Below are positions 59,932 through 64,000 of a DNA stretch of 64,000 nt, one piece after another. The notes below the pieces were generated by a model that was given only the letters and a program-made list of their open reading frames with translations, made no database searches and was not told the origin of the DNA. Within the stretch, counting starts at the first letter, position 1. Each line of letters begins with the position of its first letter. Source of the DNA: a virus (Duplodnaviria > Caudoviricetes); the IMG/VR virus record IMGVR_UViG_3300032239_001501, positions 64,001 through 128,000 of that record, one strand, 5' to 3'. The translations under genes and the position numbers were made by a program.

Positions 59932-60282
59932 ATGAATAAGATATTATCAATATTATTTATCTTATTTGTTTATTTAGTGTCTCAAGTTTTCACATATTAC
60001 CAATTACAAGGACATCTCTTTAACAAATGGATAAAAGATCACCCAATGATTATGGTCATATTAGGGATTCCTATAGGGTATTACGTCGTTATTGCAAGTA
60101 GAACGATGGTTGACCTATGGGACGGCCAAACATGGCCAAATCGTCTAATAGGGTTTAGTTTTGGTGTTATAGTTTTTACCATAATGTCTTGGTTATTACT
60201 TAAAGAACCTTTAACATTAAAAACAATGGTTTGTTTATTTTTGTGTTTGATTATTTTATTAATACAATTCCTTTGGAAGTAA
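59932..60282 (+). CDS. Small 4-TM membrane protein (DMT/EamA-like half)
   Basis: Four hydrophobic segments; LLKEPLTLK motif before the last helix. Confidence 0.6.
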   Translation: MNKILSILFILFVYLVSQVFTYYQLQGHLFNKWIKDHPMIMVILGIPIGYYVVIASRTMVDLWDGQTWPNRLIGFSFGVIVFTIMSWLLLKEPLTLKTMVCLFLCLIILLIQFLWK

Positions 60283-60303
60283 GTTATTGATATATTTATT
60301 TGT

Positions 60304-61788
60304 ATGAAATTAATATCAATCCTTGTTAAAGAAGGTAGAAAAGAAGATTTAAGGAAAAAATATTTAGATAAGTTTGGTACTGATATATTAGATTTTGTGT
60401 TGGGTATTTCCGATTTACAAGATTTTAATCACAAATACACTGACTTTATTTTAAAGGCGTTAGACCCAAATTCAGATATTGATATGAATGTTGAGATTGC
60501 TGTTGGGTTAGTAAAAGATTTTGACAAATACCAATCTCAATTAAAAAAGAAAGACATTAATCAATACAATAGTTTTACTGAATTAGAAACCGCATTAAAA
60601 CCTTTCATAGAAAAAGAGAAAGAAAAAGAATTAGAAAAACAAGCCAACAAAATTTACGAAGATAATAAGTTTTTAGTTATAAAACCAGAAACTGAAGAAG
60701 CTTCCTGTAAGTATGGTTCCAACACAAAATGGTGTGTCACTTCAAAAGGTTCAGGACATTTTGGAAGATATACTCAAGGTAGACAAGCCCTTTATTTTAT
60801 CATTAATAAAGCAAATTCCACAAATCAAAACTATTCCAAAGTTGCCGTCCATTTTGACAATTCTGGTAATAAAAGATATTGGGATACCCAAGATTCTCCT
60901 TTAAGTCCAAGAGAAACTGATATTCTTGAATATGCCTTTCCCGATATTATTGATGCAATTAAAAAAGATTATGAAAAAGTTAGAATAACCGCTGATAAAA
61001 TATTAGCAGAAACTTTTAATTCAATGGGAGAATCCTCCGCAACAAATAAAGATTATTTAAATTCAATTTATGATTTAGAAACATTCGTAACAGGATTTGA
61101 AAATAATTCTGATATAGGTTTTGGACATTCTGAAGGGTTTTTAACAATATCATTACACTCAGTTAAAGAAAGTAAATTAATTGATGAATATCAAGTTTTT
61201 ATCACATACAAATCTGTAGATGATAGAACATTTACAGCAAGTATAGGATTTATGGCAAACTATGAATCATCAAGTGATGATTTTGAAGACCTTGGACTTG
61301 AGGGGTGGGGAATTGATTCAACATATGTTTTAAGTAATAGTCCTGCAGAAACTGCTGAAGATGTTAGAGAACACATAGCCCATAGAGTATTAGACCATAT
61401 TAAAAATAATCCAAAACTTCTTCAAAAAGTTGTTGGGTCAAAAACGGTTTGGAAATCAAGATATGGTTATACTTTTGGTAAAAATAAAGGAATGATTAAA
61501 AAATTAGTTGATTATTTAGATGCCGGATATGATAATGGAACAAAATTAGATTTTTTAGAATATATTGGTACTTTTAAATCAAGAGTAGTTGATGGTAAAA
61601 AAGAATATGCTAGATCAGGAACGAATGAATTTTTAAATCCAAATAGGTGGAAAGGTCAATATGCATCATTCTTTTCTGCTGCTGTTTTATCAGGTATTAT
61701 TCAATATCAAAAAGATGGAAGACGTTTTATTATAAAACCTGGTCCAAATTTTGAGGCATTTAAAAAAGGTGAATTAAAAGCTCTTTAA
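60304..61788 (+). CDS. PcfJ-like domain protein (probably virion-packaged)
   Basis: KIYED..FLVIKP...ASCKYG.NTKWCV...F..Y....LYFII motif; N-terminal MKLISILVKE; late motif at 60293-60300. Confidence 0.6.
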   Translation: MKLISILVKEGRKEDLRKKYLDKFGTDILDFVLGISDLQDFNHKYTDFILKALDPNSDIDMNVEIAVGLVKDFDKYQSQLKKKDINQYNSFTELETALKPFIEKEKEKELEKQANKIYEDNKFLVIKPETEEASCKYGSNTKWCVTSKGSGHFGRYTQGRQALYFIINKANSTNQNYSKVAVHFDNSGNKRYWDTQDSPLSPRETDILEYAFPDIIDAIKKDYEKVRITADKILAETFNSMGESSATNKDYLNSIYDLETFVTGFENNSDIGFGHSEGFLTISLHSVKESKLIDEYQVFITYKSVDDRTFTASIGFMANYESSSDDFEDLGLEGWGIDSTYVLSNSPAETAEDVREHIAHRVLDHIKNNPKLLQKVVGSKTVWKSRYGYTFGKNKGMIKKLVDYLDAGYDNGTKLDFLEYIGTFKSRVVDGKKEYARSGTNEFLNPNRWKGQYASFFSAAVLSGIIQYQKDGRRFIIKPGPNFEAFKKGELKAL

Positions 61789-62012
61789 TTTCTTTTAGAT
61801 AATCTGCGAAAGTAGATATACAATCCAAAGAAAACCGCCGCAATACAATACAAGACGAAGTTCGCTTTCCATAAACTTCCTGTCAGTAATATTAGGGAAT
61901 ATTGAACGGCATCGAACCCAAAAGGATTGAAGAATAGTGCTAACATTAAAAATATTTGTGAAAGATTGTCTTGAAATGAACTTCTCCACGTTTTTCTGTT
62001 TATCTCCATCAT
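61785..62012 (-). CDS. Small two-TM membrane protein
   Basis: Two hydrophobic helices and a basic C-tail (RRLSKRN); late motif at 62063-62070. Confidence 0.5.
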   Translation of the reverse strand: MMEINRKTWRSSFQDNLSQIFLMLALFFNPFGFDAVQYSLILLTGSLWKANFVLYCIAAVFFGLYIYFRRLSKRN

Positions 62013-62085
62013 TCATATTCCCTCATTTAAAATTTATGTCAAAAATTGACTTTGTATTTTAATATAAATATCTTATCTTTATATT

Positions 62086-62679
62086 ATGGCAAAATGTGAT
62101 AGACATATTTGGGATACACAAGATAAAGAATGGTGTTGGAAATGTGATGAACTTACTGATAAAGAACGTATGCAAAATACAAAAAAAATTAAAGTAATAT
62201 TTTTAGATATAGACGGTGTATTGGCGACTAATAAAGAGTATTCAACAAACAGAACCAAATTTAGAGAAAAATATTCTTGGGCTAAAGAGTTGAGAGTTCC
62301 TTATGGGTGGAATAAAGGTTGTGTTGAAGTCTTTAATGAGATATTAGACGCAACAAATGCTGATATTGTAATTAGTTCAGATTGGAGATTTCATTGGGAT
62401 TTAGATGAGTTAGATAAAATATTTAAAGCAAATGGAGTTAAAAAATCACCAATATTTGGTACTATTAAGAATAAAAGAAAAATGAGTTCTGATTTAGAGG
62501 ATGATAGAGTTTACCAAATTAGTGAATGGGTTAAGTTTAATAAACCTGAAAAATGGGTGGCAATTGATGATATGAATTTGAATAGTTTGGGTCCTAATTT
62601 TTTTAGAACAAAAGATTCTGAAGGTTTAAAACAAACAGGATTAAAAAATAAAATCATAAACACATTAAATGATGTCTAA
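62086..62679 (+). CDS. HAD-family phosphatase (Swiss-Army-Knife RNA-repair HAD-like)
   Basis: IFLDIDGVL, IVISSDWR, WVAIDD. Confidence 0.8.
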   Translation: MAKCDRHIWDTQDKEWCWKCDELTDKERMQNTKKIKVIFLDIDGVLATNKEYSTNRTKFREKYSWAKELRVPYGWNKGCVEVFNEILDATNADIVISSDWRFHWDLDELDKIFKANGVKKSPIFGTIKNKRKMSSDLEDDRVYQISEWVKFNKPEKWVAIDDMNLNSLGPNFFRTKDSEGLKQTGLKNKIINTLNDV

Positions 62680-62863
62680 CATAAAAATATGTGATATAGT
62701 TAAAAATAGATACTCAGGAGTTGCTCCTGAAGGATTTGTTTTACTTCTTGATAAAACAATTGAAGATTTACAAGATTTTGAAATTTGGAAAGAATGGAAA
62801 AATAAAATTATTGAATTAGATTTAAAAAACAGAGTTGAAATGGAAGAAAATAAAAAATCTTAA
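62669..62863 (+). CDS. Small hypothetical protein
   Basis: 64-aa ORF; LQDFEIWKEWKN. Confidence 0.5.
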   Translation: MMSNIKICDIVKNRYSGVAPEGFVLLLDKTIEDLQDFEIWKEWKNKIIELDLKNRVEMEENKKS

Positions 62864-62872
62864 GTTTCAAAA

Positions 62873-62951
62873 TGGTCAAACTGGTGGTAATCGCCTGCAG
62901 CGGTGAAAGGAAGTGCACTCCGAGGTATAACATCCCGCCAGTCCCTGACCA
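62873..62951 (+). ncRNA. Unclassified structured RNA candidate
   Basis: 44/79 GC in AT-rich context; closing stems TGGTCA/TGACCA and ACTGGTGG/CCGCCAGT enclose three small hairpins. Confidence 0.55.
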
Positions 62952-62982
62952 CATAATTCAAATTTTAAGATAATTATTCAAT

Positions 62983-63357
62983 ATGAGTTATAAAGTATTC
63001 ACCAAAAAACCCGTTAAGAGGCATTTAATAAAAACAATAAGTTATAGTATTATTACCATATGTATTGGATTATTTTCAATGTGGTACATTACAGGTAATA
63101 TAATAATAGGTATTTCATTTGGTTTTGCAGAAATAATATTAAAACCTATAATATATTATTTTCATGAAAAAATATGGTATAATTGGTTTAAATTTGGATT
63201 AATTGAAGAAAAAATTCATAAAGTAAAAAAAGTTCAATTAAATGAAGTTGAAACTAAAGTAATAAACGAAATTCAATTAGAAACATTTACTAAAAAACCG
63301 ACAAATTTAGTTCAACCCACAGGAAAAAAAGTATTGAATTATTCATCAAATAGATAA
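62983..63357 (+). CDS. DUF2061-like membrane protein
   Basis: RHLIKTISY...ITGN...G....E...K...YYFHEKIW. Confidence 0.75.
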   Translation: MSYKVFTKKPVKRHLIKTISYSIITICIGLFSMWYITGNIIIGISFGFAEIILKPIIYYFHEKIWYNWFKFGLIEEKIHKVKKVQLNEVETKVINEIQLETFTKKPTNLVQPTGKKVLNYSSNR

Positions 63358-63380
63358 ACCGAGGAAACTCGGTTTTTTTT
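63356..63380 (+). terminator. Rho-independent terminator
   Basis: AAACCGAG-GAAA-CTCGGTTT followed by a T-tract. Confidence 0.88.
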
Positions 63381-63405
63381 ATTTTAATTTAAGATATTTA
63401 TTAAC

Positions 63406-64000
63406 ATGAGTGAAATAAAAAAAATTAATGAAACTTACGATATACTCTCAGATTTAAAAAGAGATTTTATTAAAGATTTTGTATCGGAAGCTGTTTTTTC
63501 CAATCCTGTTCCTATCCCTTCGGGATTTAAAGGTAATTTTGGAGAAAAAAGACAAAATGAAGTTCATCCTGGAACTGATATACCTGTTCCAAGTGGAACA
63601 GAGATTAAAGCTCCTGCGGACGGTGTTATTGTTGGTGCAATTGCAAATCAACACCCATGTGGAGGAACATTAGATATTGATTACGGAAATGGATTTTGGA
63701 GTAGATTTTGTCACGTAAAAAGAATTGATGTGAAAAATGGGGATAAAGTATCTCAAGGTCAAGTGGTTGGATTAACAGGGGGTGGATTAAATGATTTTGG
63801 TAGAGGTAATTCACAAGGTCCCCATTTACATTTTACTTTAAAAAAAGATGGTCAAACAGTAGACCCTATCCAATATATGGGTAAGTTTGATTTAGGAAAT
63901 CAAAAACTATCAGATATTAAACCATCAACTGATAATGCGACTGATGATACAACAACTAGTGGTACAACAACTAGTTCCCCTGAAGATGATATTGAATTTA
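63406..64000 (+). CDS. M23-family peptidoglycan endopeptidase, partial (runs off the right edge; not in the ORF track)
   Basis: Manual translation: MSEIKKINE...HPGTDI...APADG...FCH...V..GDKVSQGQ...GPHLHF (HxxxD and HxH); late motif at 63395-63402. Confidence 0.88.
   Translation, partial: MSEIKKINETYDILSDLKRDFIKDFVSEAVFSNPVPIPSGFKGNFGEKRQNEVHPGTDIPVPSGTEIKAPADGVIVGAIANQHPCGGTLDIDYGNGFWSRFCHVKRIDVKNGDKVSQGQVVGLTGGGLNDFGRGNSQGPHLHFTLKKDGQTVDPIQYMGKFDLGNQKLSDIKPSTDNATDDTTTSGTTTSSPEDDIEF

Noticed and set aside
62873-62951. tRNA or SRP RNA interpretation (ends in CCA, contains GAAAGGAAG)
   Set aside because: The terminal ACCA is paired in the closing stem, there is no TTC T-loop or anticodon arm, and the GAAA is not closed by a stem as in SRP domain IV
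63454-63814. Three short ORFs listed at the right end
   Set aside because: Out-of-frame or antisense to the M23 peptidase gene starting at 63406, which the track missed because it lacks a stop in the window

Overview
AT-rich 64-kb segment of a large T4-like (jumbo) tailed phage genome, read in standard code 11. The host is probably a Bacteroidota (Flavobacteria-like) bacterium: host-type TTTG-N20-TAnnTTTG promoters, a Bacteroidota-type bS21 and a Bacteroidota-type TonB-dependent receptor all point that way. From left to right: (1) two HtrL-like, one GT25 and one GT60 (polypeptide GlcNAc-transferase-like) glycosyltransferase genes beside four mucin-like Thr-Pro repeat proteins (1-9 kb); (2) small probable head proteins, including a stand-alone WYL protein; (3) a large glycan cluster (GT2, GT4, GT10, GT11, NodZ-like, two FkbM methyltransferases, GDP-mannose 3,5-epimerase) with dUTPase, exonuclease and PhoH (11.7-26 kb); (4) a gp55-like late sigma factor and baseplate-like genes; (5) the head module (major capsid, scaffold, prohead protease, bS21, portal, large terminase); (6) nucleotidyltransferase, KTSC, Hsp20, an N-domain-less ClpC, a peptidase and a complete tmRNA with an unusual tag; (7) HNH, YkgJ, a TonB-dependent receptor behind Pho-box-like repeats, a PcfJ-like protein, HAD, an unexplained GC-rich structured RNA candidate, DUF2061 and an M23 peptidase. 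The best candidate for an undescribed system is a phage-encoded mucin-type protein O-glycosylation pathway that would give the virion a glycan coat. A recurring putative late promoter, TATTTATH, is the reverse complement of the T4 late promoter. All family calls come from motifs recognised by eye; no searches were run.
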